Part shown: one piece after another, positions 30,888-41,017 of the stretch
How positions within the stretch are numbered: position 1 is the stretch's first letter
How the letters are laid out: every line of letters starts with the position of its first letter
Source of the DNA: an uncultured Marinoscillum sp.
GTDB taxonomy: Bacteria; Bacteroidota; Bacteroidia; Cytophagales; MED-G16
DNA: 64,000 nt
NCBI GenBank assembly: GCA_964527965.1
Contig: CAZGPH010000002.1
Span: 97,072-161,071, forward strand
Direction of reading: 5' to 3'
Made by a program: the position numbers and the translations under genes
Notes under the pieces: generated by a model
The model's input: the letters and a program-made list of their open reading frames with translations, nothing else
What the model was told of the DNA's origin: nothing
Databases searched by the model: none

Positions 30888-31528
30888 TCTTTTCTTTTGA
30901 AATCTCCTCTTTTTATAGCTTTAATAAATTTCACCCATGCAAAAGGGTTAAGTAATGGGTTTGAGGGTAATTGATATTTAGTTGATGTTGCCATCATCTG
31001 CTGATCCATAAAATATTTATAATTCATATTAGCACTCATTGGCTCGTTATTATACATTCGCCTTAATAAATCTTTATCTAGAGATTTATCTAGATTCTCA
31101 AGGTCTCTCCTATTTGGAAGTTCAACAGCTAAAACAGCTTTTTTGAATAGTTCCTCGGTAGGATATGGAAAAATTTCAAGCTCTGGTAAGACAGTGGTAT
31201 CTGGTTTTAACTCAATAAAAAGTGTAACAGAGACACCTTTATCTCCAGGCATTATAAAACTTTGTTTCTGATATCCTATTGCGCTAACTATTATACTATC
31301 TTCCGCCAATACTGGCATTGCAAAATATCCATAGGGATTAGAGGTAGTACCTCTACCTGCCTTTGGTACATATACATGAACACCTCCGACGCCTGAAATA
31401 CTATCTTGTCCAACAACAACACCTGAAAGTTGAATTATTTTTTTTTGACCCTGAGAGAAGGAATCAAAAACAATTGTTAACGAAATGATAACAAATAATT
31501 TTAAGATTAAAGTTTTATTAAGTGTCAT
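30884..31528 (-). CDS. exported CarboxypepD_reg-like domain protein
   Basis: 214 aa. Signal peptide, then LSGVVVGQDS...GVHVYVPKAGRGTTSNPYGYFAMPV...IVSAIGYQKQ, a carboxypeptidase-regulatory-like beta-sandwich pattern. Confidence 0.6.
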   Translation of the reverse strand: MTLNKTLILKLFVIISLTIVFDSFSQGQKKIIQLSGVVVGQDSISGVGGVHVYVPKAGRGTTSNPYGYFAMPVLAEDSIIVSAIGYQKQSFIMPGDKGVSVTLFIELKPDTTVLPELEIFPYPTEELFKKAVLAVELPNRRDLENLDKSLDKDLLRRMYNNEPMSANMNYKYFMDQQMMATSTKYQLPSNPLLNPFAWVKFIKAIKRGDFKRKD

Positions 31529-31620
31529 GTTACAATGTTATTTTTAAATAACATGCTAAATTACTTAATAAATATGTTTTTTTTATTTAGAATAGTTTCT
31601 AATAACAATATTTAACATCT

Positions 31621-32001
31621 ATGAGATTAAAAAAATTTAATATTGAATATGGCAAAACAATATTTAAATCTTTTTCAGATGTGTCTAGAATAAGAATTTT
31701 AAATATTTTGTCAAAGAAAAAAGAAGTTTCAATCTCTGATCTTGAAATGATTCTTAACTTCACTCAAACTAAAACTTCAAGACATATTTATTACCTAAAA
31801 AATTCAGGATTATTAAATTCAAAGAATATAGATCAATTTATTTTCTACTCTTTAAGGGAGGAAGCCCTAGATATTATTGATCAGATATTTGAATTTTTAG
31901 ATAAAGATGATCAACTTAAAAAAGATTTAGAAACTTATGACACAATGTATTCTAATAGAGAGCTAGCAAAAAATAAAATTGAGTTAAAAACTTGGAAATA
32001 A
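31621..32001 (+). CDS. ArsR/SmtB-family transcriptional regulator
   Basis: 126 aa. FSDVSRIRILNIL...VSISDLEMILNFTQTKTSRHIYYLKNSGLL is the ArsR winged-HTH pattern. Confidence 0.75.
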   Translation: MRLKKFNIEYGKTIFKSFSDVSRIRILNILSKKKEVSISDLEMILNFTQTKTSRHIYYLKNSGLLNSKNIDQFIFYSLREEALDIIDQIFEFLDKDDQLKKDLETYDTMYSNRELAKNKIELKTWK

Positions 32002-32016
32002 ACATTTAAATAAACT

Positions 32017-33645
32017 ATGAATAACGCATATTTTGAAATACCTATACCTATAAATGAACCAGTCAAAGAATATAGAGAGGGGTCAGTAGAAAAAGAAAAT
32101 CTAATTAATACTCTTAGTGAGATGAAGGGGAAACCTATTGATATCCCCATGATTATTGATGGAAAAGAAATTACTACAGAAAAAAAGATAAAAATCACTG
32201 CACCTCATGACCACAATCTTCATCTTGGAGATTTTTATGAAGGTGATAAATCTCATGTATCGATGGCAATTAAATCAGCTCTAAAAGCAAAAAATAACTG
32301 GGGATCAATGAGTTGGCAGAGTAGGGCTTCGATATTTCTAAAAGCAGCAGAGTTGATTGCTGGACCTTATAGATCAAAAATTAACGCTTCTACTATGCTT
32401 GGACAATCTAAAAATATCTATCAAGCTGAAATAGATGCAGCATGTGAATTTATTGATTTTTTAAATTTTAATGCTTCCTATATGGAAGAAATATATAAAA
32501 ATCAACCTGAATCTTCAGATGGAATGTGGAACAGATTAGATTATAGACCTCTTGAGGGATTTATATTTGCTATAAGTCCTTTTAATTTCACTTCTATTGC
32601 TGGAAATTTATGCGCTAGCCCAGCTTTAATGGGAAATACCGTCATATGGAAGCCTGCATATCCTCAAATTTATTCAGCTAAAATAATTATGGATGTCTTT
32701 AAAGAAGCTGGACTCCCTGATGGAGTTATTAATTTAATTTTTGTTGATGGTCCAGAAGCAGGAGATGTGATATTTAAAGATAAAAATTTTGCAGGATTAC
32801 ATTTTACTGGGAGCACAGGAGTTTTTAAACATCTATGGAAAGAGATTGGAAATAATATTAATTCTTATAAATCTTATCCTAGAATTGTAGGTGAGACTGG
32901 TGGAAAAGATTTCATCATTGCTCATAAATCTGCAAAAGCAAAAGAAGTTTCAACAGCAATAGTTAGAGGTTGTTTTGAATTTCAAGGACAAAAATGCAGT
33001 GCTCCATCAAGAGTTTATATCCCAAAATCTCTTTGGGGAGACGTCAAAGAAAACCTATTAAGAGATATTAATAGTATCAAAATTGGTATACCTGATGATT
33101 TCTCTAATTTTATGAATGCAGTTATTGAAGAAAGAGCTTATGATAAAATAGTTTCTTATATAGAGGATGGGAAAAAAGATAAAGATCTTAAACTTCTAAT
33201 CGGTGGAGAACACGATAAATCAAAAGGGTATTTTATAAATCCTACAGTATTTGTTACTTCGAACCCAAAAAACAAACTTATGGTTGAAGAAATTTTTGGG
33301 CCAGTTACATGTATATATATCTATGAAGATAGAGAATATGATAAAACTCTAGAGTTAGTAGACGAAACTTCTCCATATGCTCTTACTGGAGCTATATTTG
33401 CAACAGAACAAGCAGCTATTGATAAGGCATATAAATCTCTGGAATACTCAGCTGGAAACTTTTATATTAATGATAAGCCTACAGGCGCAGTAGTTGGTCA
33501 GCAGCCTTTTGGAGGGGGAAGAGCTTCAGGAACAAATGATAAAGCAGGGTCTTATTTAAATCTTTTAAGATGGGTTTCTCCCAGAACTATAAAGGAAGTA
33601 TTCAATACTCCTTCTGATTATAGATATCCTTTTATGGATGTTTAA
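32017..33645 (+). CDS. pruA: L-glutamate gamma-semialdehyde (1-pyrroline-5-carboxylate) dehydrogenase
   Basis: 542 aa ALDH. Motifs FNFTSIAGNL, GETGGKDF, FEFQGQKCSA and EEIFGPV. The length and N-terminus fit PruA/RocA. Confidence 0.85.
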   Translation: MNNAYFEIPIPINEPVKEYREGSVEKENLINTLSEMKGKPIDIPMIIDGKEITTEKKIKITAPHDHNLHLGDFYEGDKSHVSMAIKSALKAKNNWGSMSWQSRASIFLKAAELIAGPYRSKINASTMLGQSKNIYQAEIDAACEFIDFLNFNASYMEEIYKNQPESSDGMWNRLDYRPLEGFIFAISPFNFTSIAGNLCASPALMGNTVIWKPAYPQIYSAKIIMDVFKEAGLPDGVINLIFVDGPEAGDVIFKDKNFAGLHFTGSTGVFKHLWKEIGNNINSYKSYPRIVGETGGKDFIIAHKSAKAKEVSTAIVRGCFEFQGQKCSAPSRVYIPKSLWGDVKENLLRDINSIKIGIPDDFSNFMNAVIEERAYDKIVSYIEDGKKDKDLKLLIGGEHDKSKGYFINPTVFVTSNPKNKLMVEEIFGPVTCIYIYEDREYDKTLELVDETSPYALTGAIFATEQAAIDKAYKSLEYSAGNFYINDKPTGAVVGQQPFGGGRASGTNDKAGSYLNLLRWVSPRTIKEVFNTPSDYRYPFMDV

Positions 33646-34907
33646 CTATTTGATTTTAATTGAATTTCTTCTTTATTAAAATATAATACTACAATAAGGG
33701 ATAAAATAAAATAAATCATTATTATAAAATCTGCATTAGTTATATATTCATTCATAAATGTCCAATTGCTTGAGAATAAAATTAAACTAGTACCAAATGA
33801 AGCTTTAATTAGTTCAAAAATCCAAGAATTATTCTCCTTATCCATTAGACTAGTTAGACTGTAGACACACGTAAATAAAAAAATTGCAAATAAAATAGCA
33901 TCTCTAAATAATAATAGGTGTAGATGGTTTATATAATACATAATAAATAAAAATATTATACCAAATTGAACCCATGACCAAAGTTTTAAACTTTCTGATA
34001 ATTTAGGGTAATATTTTTTGTAGTCATATGGAGATTCAATATCGTTTAAGGGATATTTTAAAATAACATCTTTTGGTCGCCATCCAGTAGGCATAAACCA
34101 AATTCTAAATTTATCTAGAATATTATTTGTTCTCCATGCATCTTTAATTAATTGAAATAAGTGAGAAAAATTTATAAGAATTGGATTCCAAGATCTTAAT
34201 GGCCTCTTTACCCCATAAACAGGAGGCACATCTTCAAGTTCTTCTTGAAAAGTTCCAAATAATTTATCCCATATTATAAAGACTTGAGATAAATTTTTAT
34301 CTAAATATTCATTATTAATTGCATGATGAACCCTATGATGGGACGGAGTAACAATTATATATTCTAGAAAGCCTAACTTTCCAATTAATCTAGTATGATA
34401 CCAATACTGAGCAAAAAGATGAAGAGGAGCTAAAATTGCAATAACCTCAGAAGGTACACCTATAATAGCTGTTGGAATCAAGAAAATAAAGGAAATAGAG
34501 AAAAAATTAGAAATAGACTGTCTTAAAGCACAAGCTAAATTAAATTCTTCACTGCTATGGTGAATTATATGGTGATTCCAAAAATAATTAATACTGTGGT
34601 TAATCCTATGAACCCAATATCCTGCAAAATCAATACCAATAAATGCAATAACATAAACTATTATGGATGATTCCAAATTAAATATTGCAAGGTGATCTAC
34701 CATGTATCCATAGGAAATAATAATAAAAGTTAAACCAAGAACATCTTTTATTATATTAGTTAGGCCTGAACATAAACTAGACAAAGTGTCCATACTTCTT
34801 ATCACATAATCTTTTCTGTATATTTTTGAAAAAAGAATTTCTATTAAAATAAGTGTAACAAATAAGGGGATAGCAATATTAAGAGTAGTTATATAATATG
34901 TTGGCAT
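33642..34907 (-). CDS. fatty-acid hydroxylase/sterol desaturase-family membrane di-iron enzyme with extra C-terminal TM domain
   Basis: 421 aa. Histidine boxes HRINH, HHIIHH and HHRVHH. About 170 aa of additional hydrophobic C-terminus. Confidence 0.8.
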   Translation of the reverse strand: MPTYYITTLNIAIPLFVTLILIEILFSKIYRKDYVIRSMDTLSSLCSGLTNIIKDVLGLTFIIISYGYMVDHLAIFNLESSIIVYVIAFIGIDFAGYWVHRINHSINYFWNHHIIHHSSEEFNLACALRQSISNFFSISFIFLIPTAIIGVPSEVIAILAPLHLFAQYWYHTRLIGKLGFLEYIIVTPSHHRVHHAINNEYLDKNLSQVFIIWDKLFGTFQEELEDVPPVYGVKRPLRSWNPILINFSHLFQLIKDAWRTNNILDKFRIWFMPTGWRPKDVILKYPLNDIESPYDYKKYYPKLSESLKLWSWVQFGIIFLFIMYYINHLHLLLFRDAILFAIFLFTCVYSLTSLMDKENNSWIFELIKASFGTSLILFSSNWTFMNEYITNADFIIMIYFILSLIVVLYFNKEEIQLKSNS

Positions 34908-34974
34908 TAAACAAATTTATATTTTTTAAGAAAAACTTATATGATTATAGGGTATATTCGTGCAAAAAAATTCA

Positions 34975-37179
34975 ATGAAAATTTTATTCAAATTTTTTAT
35001 ACTTTCTTTTATTTTTTTTTCAACACAAGGTCAAGAGGTTCACTTTCCAAAAAAAATATCAGATACTAAAATAAAAATTGATGGAATAATAGACTCTAAT
35101 GAATGGGAAAATGCTATTAAAATAGAACTTGATAATGAAACTGAGCCTGGTTATAATATTGACCCTATTGTAAAAACTTCTGGTTACATTTTGTATTCCG
35201 ATTATCATATATATCTAAGATTTGAGTCTGAAACAAAAGAAACCGTAAGAGCATCAATCAGAAAAAGAGATGATTTTGGGATTTTTAATGATGATGTAAT
35301 TGGCATCAGTATTGATACTTATGGAGACGGGAGAAATAATCTTTTTATTGGATCAAATCCTTATGGTTCTCAAGTAGATGTAAGAGTTATGAATGCATTA
35401 CAGGAAGAATCTAGATATGATTTATCATTTGATTTAGAATATGAATCTGCTGGATCAATTAGCGGCAATAGTTATTTTGTAGAAATGAAAATACCTTTTT
35501 CATCACTTCCTTTTCCAAGTGGTAAAGATCAGAAATGGAAGTTTAGTTTGTTTAGAAAATATATTGACTATAATATGTCATCAAGTAGAACAGATAGAGA
35601 CAACTCATGTGTCACATGCCAATTTGATGATGAAGTTTTCTTTGAAAATATCAAAATTGATAAAAAACTTGATTTGATCCCATATATCACAAGTGGCATT
35701 GAGGGTGAATTTAATAAGAATACAGATAATATTGATTATGAAAAAATAAATAGCAATATAGGCATCAGTATAAATGCTGAGCTTTCAAAAAGTTTATCAT
35801 TGGAGCTTGCAATTAATCCTGACTTCTCTCAGGTCGAAGCTGATGTTACGCAAATTGATGTTAATTCTGCTTTCTCATTAAGTTATCCTGAAAAAAGACC
35901 GTTTTTTAATAAGGGAACTGATATATTAAAACTTAATAATCCAGACTTACAACCATTTTATTCTAGATCAATTAATGACCCAGCTTTTGCATTAAAATTA
36001 TTAAACCAAGGAAAGAAATCTAGATTATTTTATTTATCATCATTAGATAATAATTCACCCTATCTAATAGCTGGTAGAGATAGATCTTACTTTGGTGAAG
36101 GTAAAAAATCTATTGTAAATGTTTTAAGGTACCAAAGAATTTTAAAAAATGGCTCAAAAATTGGTTTAATCTCAACTAGTAGAGCTTATAATGGAGGAGG
36201 ATACGGGAATCTGTTTGGGTTAGATGGTCTTATTCAAATTACAAATAGTATAAGGCTGACTTTTGATTTACTTAAAAACTATAATGAAGAGCCAACAAAT
36301 AATTGGATAGAATCCGATGATTATTTTAATGAATATTCTGTCAGGCTTGATGGAGAAAAATTTAATGGCAATGGAATGTTTATAGGTCTTTCTAGAAATA
36401 CAGAAAATTGGCGTACCTACTTAGGATATAAATATATAGATCCTGAGTATAGGGCGGATGTAGGATTTGCTGTAAAAAATGACAGAAAGTGGCTTACATT
36501 TTTTCAAAATTATGAGTCCTTTTATGAAAAAAGATTTCTTCAAAAAATTGAGTACTCAATTAAATATGACATGCTACATAACTTTAATAATAAACTTGAT
36601 GTAATAAGTTTAGATGGTAAAATTAGTGCTGGATTTAAAGGAAATACCGAGATTTCCATTACACATGATTATGATTTTGTTTCATATTACTTAGATAAAA
36701 AATATTCAAATTATGCCTCTACGAGAATAGGTTTGAACACTAGTCCTATTGAATTACTTTCTTTTGGATCTGATTTAAGCTTTGGGAAAGATGTAGCATT
36801 CAATGATGAAAATCCTGAGTTAGGAAAAGAATTTAATTTTAGAGCCACTTTAGGCCTACAATTAAATAATAATTTTTCTGTTTCAAACCTATTTAGTTTT
36901 TCAAGTTTAAAAAAAATAGAAATAAATGAATTTTATTATAAAGGGTTTATAAATAGACTCAACACAAAATATCAATTTTCAAAATCCCTAGGTTTGAGAC
37001 TAGCTACTGAATTTAATGATTTTTCAGATTCAATATTTTTACAGCCATTATTTGAGTGGACCCCAAACCCTTTTACTATATTTTATATTGGAGGGAATCA
37101 AATTCTTAATAAGGATGATAAATATTTTGTTGATAGGTCACAGATGTTTGTTAAATTTCAGTATCTGATAAGTCTATAA
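34975..37179 (+). CDS. exported CBM9-like + DUF5916-type outer-membrane protein
   Basis: About 735 aa. Signal peptide MKILFKFFILSFIFFSTQGQ. An N-terminal IDGIIDSNEW...A CBM9-like region, then a long beta-rich C-terminus. Family assignment is from memory only. I prefer the ATG at 34975 over the GTG at 34960. Confidence 0.6.
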   Translation: MKILFKFFILSFIFFSTQGQEVHFPKKISDTKIKIDGIIDSNEWENAIKIELDNETEPGYNIDPIVKTSGYILYSDYHIYLRFESETKETVRASIRKRDDFGIFNDDVIGISIDTYGDGRNNLFIGSNPYGSQVDVRVMNALQEESRYDLSFDLEYESAGSISGNSYFVEMKIPFSSLPFPSGKDQKWKFSLFRKYIDYNMSSSRTDRDNSCVTCQFDDEVFFENIKIDKKLDLIPYITSGIEGEFNKNTDNIDYEKINSNIGISINAELSKSLSLELAINPDFSQVEADVTQIDVNSAFSLSYPEKRPFFNKGTDILKLNNPDLQPFYSRSINDPAFALKLLNQGKKSRLFYLSSLDNNSPYLIAGRDRSYFGEGKKSIVNVLRYQRILKNGSKIGLISTSRAYNGGGYGNLFGLDGLIQITNSIRLTFDLLKNYNEEPTNNWIESDDYFNEYSVRLDGEKFNGNGMFIGLSRNTENWRTYLGYKYIDPEYRADVGFAVKNDRKWLTFFQNYESFYEKRFLQKIEYSIKYDMLHNFNNKLDVISLDGKISAGFKGNTEISITHDYDFVSYYLDKKYSNYASTRIGLNTSPIELLSFGSDLSFGKDVAFNDENPELGKEFNFRATLGLQLNNNFSVSNLFSFSSLKKIEINEFYYKGFINRLNTKYQFSKSLGLRLATEFNDFSDSIFLQPLFEWTPNPFTIFYIGGNQILNKDDKYFVDRSQMFVKFQYLISL

Positions 37180-37211
37180 AACAATATGTAATAAATAACG
37201 TTAATGTTATT

Positions 37212-37679
37212 ATGAAAAATAGAAGAAAATTTCTCAAGAGTGCAGGATCGACTGCTTTATTTACAAGCTTAGGAACCTCTTTTTTTGTTGCATGTAGTGA
37301 AGCTGAGGAAATTATAGACCCTGATAATAATAATAATAATGTTTCAGAAAACGGATTTACTGTTGATGGTAATGTTTATACTATAGAACTTAATCATCCA
37401 AGTTTCTCTGTATTGAAATCTACTGGAGGATGGTATAGATTTGATGAGGGTGGTATGCTTCTTGTTAATGTTGGTCAAGATATAATTAGAGCTTTTTCAA
37501 GTAGTTGCCCTCATGATGGTTGTAGAACAAGTTGGAAATATTCTAATGAAAACTTTACTTGTACATGTCATAACGCAGTATTCACAAAATTAGGAGAAAA
37601 AGTAAGTGGACCTGCTAATAGTGATTTAGTTTCCTTCAGTGTTTCAAGGGATGAAAATGTAATAACAGTTTCAACATAA
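37212..37679 (+). CDS. Tat-exported Rieske [2Fe-2S] lipoprotein
   Basis: 155 aa. Twin-arginine signal NRRKFLK plus lipobox FFVAC. Rieske ligands are CPH (SSCPHDGC) and CTCH. Confidence 0.75.
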   Translation: MKNRRKFLKSAGSTALFTSLGTSFFVACSEAEEIIDPDNNNNNVSENGFTVDGNVYTIELNHPSFSVLKSTGGWYRFDEGGMLLVNVGQDIIRAFSSSCPHDGCRTSWKYSNENFTCTCHNAVFTKLGEKVSGPANSDLVSFSVSRDENVITVST

Positions 37680-38237
37680 TTATATTTTTACTTGTAAACC
37701 ATTCTTGAAGTAGACTTCTTTAATTAGCTTACCATCTCTTCCATATATTTTCATAAATCCATTTTGTACACCCTTTACATTTTCTGTTTCATCTGAAAGT
37801 GTGCCATCTCCAAAATAATTTTTCTGTAAACCGTCTCTTAAACCATTTTTAAAATTCCATTCACTTTTTAAGTTTCCATTTTTATAATAAAGATACGATG
37901 TCCCATTTCTAACAAGTTCTTTATCAAAAGTTTCCTTACTTTCTGTCCTACCACTTTTATAAAATCTAGTAACTGAAATCTTATTATTTCCATAAACCCA
38001 TTCACTTTGAATTGGACCTTCTTTATAAAAAAGCTTAGTATAAAACTTAATTCCATTATTATATTTTTCCTCAGCTCTTAATTTATCATCTAAGTCTTTT
38101 TTTATTGCTAAACCTGAAAACTTATTTCCATTATAATATGTTAAGTCATCAATGATTTCTAACTGGCTAATTAAGACTTTATTCTGACATGAAATGAATA
38201 AAATAAAAAGAATATATGTTAATCTACTTTTGACCAT
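37680..38237 (-). CDS. MORN-repeat-variant (YwqK-like) lipoprotein
   Basis: 185 aa. Lipobox LFISC. Repeated G..g....Y/W..nG motifs (YKSGRTESKETF, YYKNGNLKSEWNFKNG, YFGDGTLSDE). Confidence 0.65.
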   Translation of the reverse strand: MVKSRLTYILFILFISCQNKVLISQLEIIDDLTYYNGNKFSGLAIKKDLDDKLRAEEKYNNGIKFYTKLFYKEGPIQSEWVYGNNKISVTRFYKSGRTESKETFDKELVRNGTSYLYYKNGNLKSEWNFKNGLRDGLQKNYFGDGTLSDETENVKGVQNGFMKIYGRDGKLIKEVYFKNGLQVKI

Positions 38238-38599
38238 ATTGATTCATAAATTATTTCAGTAGTTTTTACTGAATCTAATTTTATTTTTCGACTAAAGTTT
38301 AAAGATAAAATATCATCATCCATAAACTCATATTTGAAGGCACGAGATAAATCATTTGTTTGTTCATCATATAAAAAAAGACTGTCATCTTGGACTTTAT
38401 AGTACATCAAAGTATTATAATAAAAAACAAGATTATCAGATCTAAAAGATGTGATGGTTGTAGGACCCTCTAATGAGGGAATAGCTTCATTGTCTCTAAA
38501 TAAATTAACTAATTTCCAATCACCGGAAAAATTATCTTTTTCTGAAGAAGAACATGAAAATAGAATAAATAATCCAACTAATGAAATTAAGTATCGCAT
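38219..38599 (-). CDS. small lipocalin-like lipoprotein, hypothetical
   Basis: Start trimmed to the ATG at 38599 (MRYLISLVGLFILFSCSS, lipobox). The mature part begins FSGDWKLV and has a late DDDILSL segment. Confidence 0.5.
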   Translation of the reverse strand: MRYLISLVGLFILFSCSSSEKDNFSGDWKLVNLFRDNEAIPSLEGPTTITSFRSDNLVFYYNTLMYYKVQDDSLFLYDEQTNDLSRAFKYEFMDDDILSLNFSRKIKLDSVKTTEIIYESIWSKVD

Positions 38600-38627
38600 A
38601 AGATTATTAAATTTATCAAAAAAATTT

Positions 38628-38804
38628 ATGAATATCACCTTTATTCATTTAATAGGAATAATATTTTTACTTTGGATGATATATTTTTCCTTAGGAGCAT
38701 TTGCTAATATGACAGAAAATAAATTTCTTCTAAACATTTTTAAATCATTTAAGTATATAATGGGAGTAATTATTCTATTTGCTCTTTACTTATATTTTAA
38801 ATGA
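38628..38804 (+). CDS. candidate 58-aa two-TM membrane peptide, translationally coupled to the TonB-dependent receptor
   Basis: This is the last 58 codons of track ORF 38451..38804 (MNITFIHLIGIIFLLWMIYFSLGAF...IMGVIILFALYLYFK). It has two hydrophobic helices and an ATGA stop/start overlap with the next gene. The upstream part of the track ORF overlaps the opposite-strand lipoprotein and is discarded. Confidence 0.35.
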   Translation: MNITFIHLIGIIFLLWMIYFSLGAFANMTENKFLLNIFKSFKYIMGVIILFALYLYFK

Positions 38805-41014
38805 GATTTATTTCAAAAATTATTTTTTTCATTTTTTTTTCTCAAGCCTTAATTGCTCAAAAATTAATTACTGGCAAGATTGTTGATAAAATATATCTTC
38901 ATCCTCTTGACAGTGTTGAAATTTCAGTTAATGGAAAAACTCTTTTCTCCAATAAAAAAGGTTTATTTTCTTTTATTTATAAAGAACTACCAGTAAAATT
39001 AATTATTAATGATTACAGATATTTTTATAAAGAATTAAATTTAAAAACCTCTGATTTTTTTGAAATTAAACTTACTAACAGAGGAGTAATTTTAAATGAA
39101 TTAATTGTGAAGACAGATCTGTTTTCTAAAAAGTTAAAAAATGTATCATTAGCAACATCCATATTAGATGATTTAGAGGGAAGAAAGAGTGAAGGACAAT
39201 TTATAATTAAATCATTAAATCAAATTCCAGGAATATACACTCATTCTGCAGGATATAATACAAATAGAATTACAATAAGAGGCATGGGATCAAGATCTCC
39301 CTACTCCACTAATAAGATTAAAGCATATTTAAATAATATTCCTCTTTCTAATGGTGTTGGAGAAACATCAATAGAAGATTTTGGCATTGATATTTTAGAT
39401 CAGGTTGAGATAAATAAAGGACCAAATTCAAGTATTTATGGTTCTGGTCTAGGCGGTAATATAATTTTAAAGACTTCTAAAAATCTCAATAAAAATATTA
39501 AGGTTAAATCAATTTATAAATCGTTTAATACATATCAGAATAGTATTTCTCTTTCTAAAACATTTAATCGTTTAAGCTTACTATTTAACTTTGAAAAAAT
39601 TAAAAGTGATGGATATAGAGATAATAATTCATATGAAAATAACAGAATTTTCACAAGTATCAATTATGAAATAAGTGATAATTACACCCTTGACTTTATT
39701 CATTTCTCTAATTCTGCAGATGCATTAATTCCTTCTTCTTTAAGTTTTGAAAATTTTATAAATAATCCATCAAGTGCAGCATTTTCATGGAGGAATGTCA
39801 AGGGAGGAGAAGATTATAGTAGATCAGTTTCAGGATTAACATTTAACTCAAAAAAAGACAAATACTCATCAAATACTACAATGTTTATTAAAACATTTTA
39901 TAATAACGAGAATAGACCATTTAATTACTTAATTGAAGATAGCAAAACATTTGGCATAAGACATTTTGGAAAATCTGTGTTAATTCCTTTCGACTTGAGT
40001 TACGGTCTTGAGTATTCATTTCAACAATATTTTTTTGATACTTGGGATGATTTTGGAAGTGTCAACCAATCACTATTATCTCGACAATCACAAGAGAGGA
40101 ATAACTATAATTTCTTTTTACAACTTGACAGATCATTTAAAAATTCATTTTTTACTTTTGGAATTGGATCTAATAAAATTATTTATAATTGGGTAAATGA
40201 AATTGAGTCAACTACATTAAGTTATAATACAAAAACAATTCTATCACCAAGGATTTCTTATAACCATACACTTAATAATAGTTCAATATTTGCAAATGTA
40301 AGTCATGGTTTTTCTCCTCCTAATATTGATGAGACTCTTGATGAAAATGGTATAGTAAATCCTAATATTAAACCTGAAACAGGATGGAATTACGAATTAG
40401 GGTTAATCGGAACTACTAGGGATAATAAACTGTCTTATAATTTTAACTTTTATTATATGGATATTAGGAATCTCCTCGTTGCGCAAAGGACAAGTTTTGA
40501 TACATTTACTGGAGTAAATGCCGGGAGAACATCACACCCAGGATTAGAAACAAATATAAATTTTCCATTATTTCAAAGTAAAAACCTAATAATTATATCA
40601 TCAAATAACTTTTCTAAATACTGGTATGTTTTTAAAGACTTCAATAATAATGGTAATGACTACTCTCAGAATAAATTAACTGGGGTACCAACCCACACAT
40701 CCTATTCAAAAATAAAAATTGATTTTAAAAATTACCTTGCACAAATTTCATTACAAAATATTGGAAAAATACCTATTAATGATTCTAATGAATTATTTTC
40801 TGGTTCTTATTCAGTAATTGATTTTAAAATATCAAAACTTTTATCTTTCAATAATTTTGATGTAAATATATCATCAGGTATCAATAATTTATTTGATAAA
40901 AAATATGCTTCAGGTATAGTAATAAACGCTAGAGGTTTTGGAGGTAGAGATCCAAGATATTATTATCCGGGTTTACCAAGAAATTATTTTATATCTTTAA
41001 ATCTTAGTATTTAA
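38801..41014 (+). CDS. TonB-dependent receptor (non-SusC size class)
   Basis: 737 aa. Signal peptide, CarboxypepD_reg-like N-terminus (ITGKIVDK...), plug motifs (ITIRGMGSRS, NKGPNSSIYGSGLGGNI) and a C-terminal barrel ending in an aromatic-rich strand. Confidence 0.85.
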   Translation: MRFISKIIFFIFFSQALIAQKLITGKIVDKIYLHPLDSVEISVNGKTLFSNKKGLFSFIYKELPVKLIINDYRYFYKELNLKTSDFFEIKLTNRGVILNELIVKTDLFSKKLKNVSLATSILDDLEGRKSEGQFIIKSLNQIPGIYTHSAGYNTNRITIRGMGSRSPYSTNKIKAYLNNIPLSNGVGETSIEDFGIDILDQVEINKGPNSSIYGSGLGGNIILKTSKNLNKNIKVKSIYKSFNTYQNSISLSKTFNRLSLLFNFEKIKSDGYRDNNSYENNRIFTSINYEISDNYTLDFIHFSNSADALIPSSLSFENFINNPSSAAFSWRNVKGGEDYSRSVSGLTFNSKKDKYSSNTTMFIKTFYNNENRPFNYLIEDSKTFGIRHFGKSVLIPFDLSYGLEYSFQQYFFDTWDDFGSVNQSLLSRQSQERNNYNFFLQLDRSFKNSFFTFGIGSNKIIYNWVNEIESTTLSYNTKTILSPRISYNHTLNNSSIFANVSHGFSPPNIDETLDENGIVNPNIKPETGWNYELGLIGTTRDNKLSYNFNFYYMDIRNLLVAQRTSFDTFTGVNAGRTSHPGLETNINFPLFQSKNLIIISSNNFSKYWYVFKDFNNNGNDYSQNKLTGVPTHTSYSKIKIDFKNYLAQISLQNIGKIPINDSNELFSGSYSVIDFKISKLLSFNNFDVNISSGINNLFDKKYASGIVINARGFGGRDPRYYYPGLPRNYFISLNLSI

Positions 41015-41017
41015 ATT

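Noticed and set aside
37324-37340. AAT trinucleotide run (about five or six copies, encoding NNNNN) in the Rieske lipoprotein linker, considered as a phase-variation tract
   Set aside because: Slippage in a triplet repeat is in-frame, and the run sits in the flexible linker after the lipobox. It would change linker length only and would not switch expression.
38451-38627. First 59 codons of plus-strand ORF 38451..38804
   Set aside because: They lie antisense to the lipoprotein gene 38219..38599, which has a lipobox leader. Only the non-overlapping terminal 58 codons are retained as a candidate.
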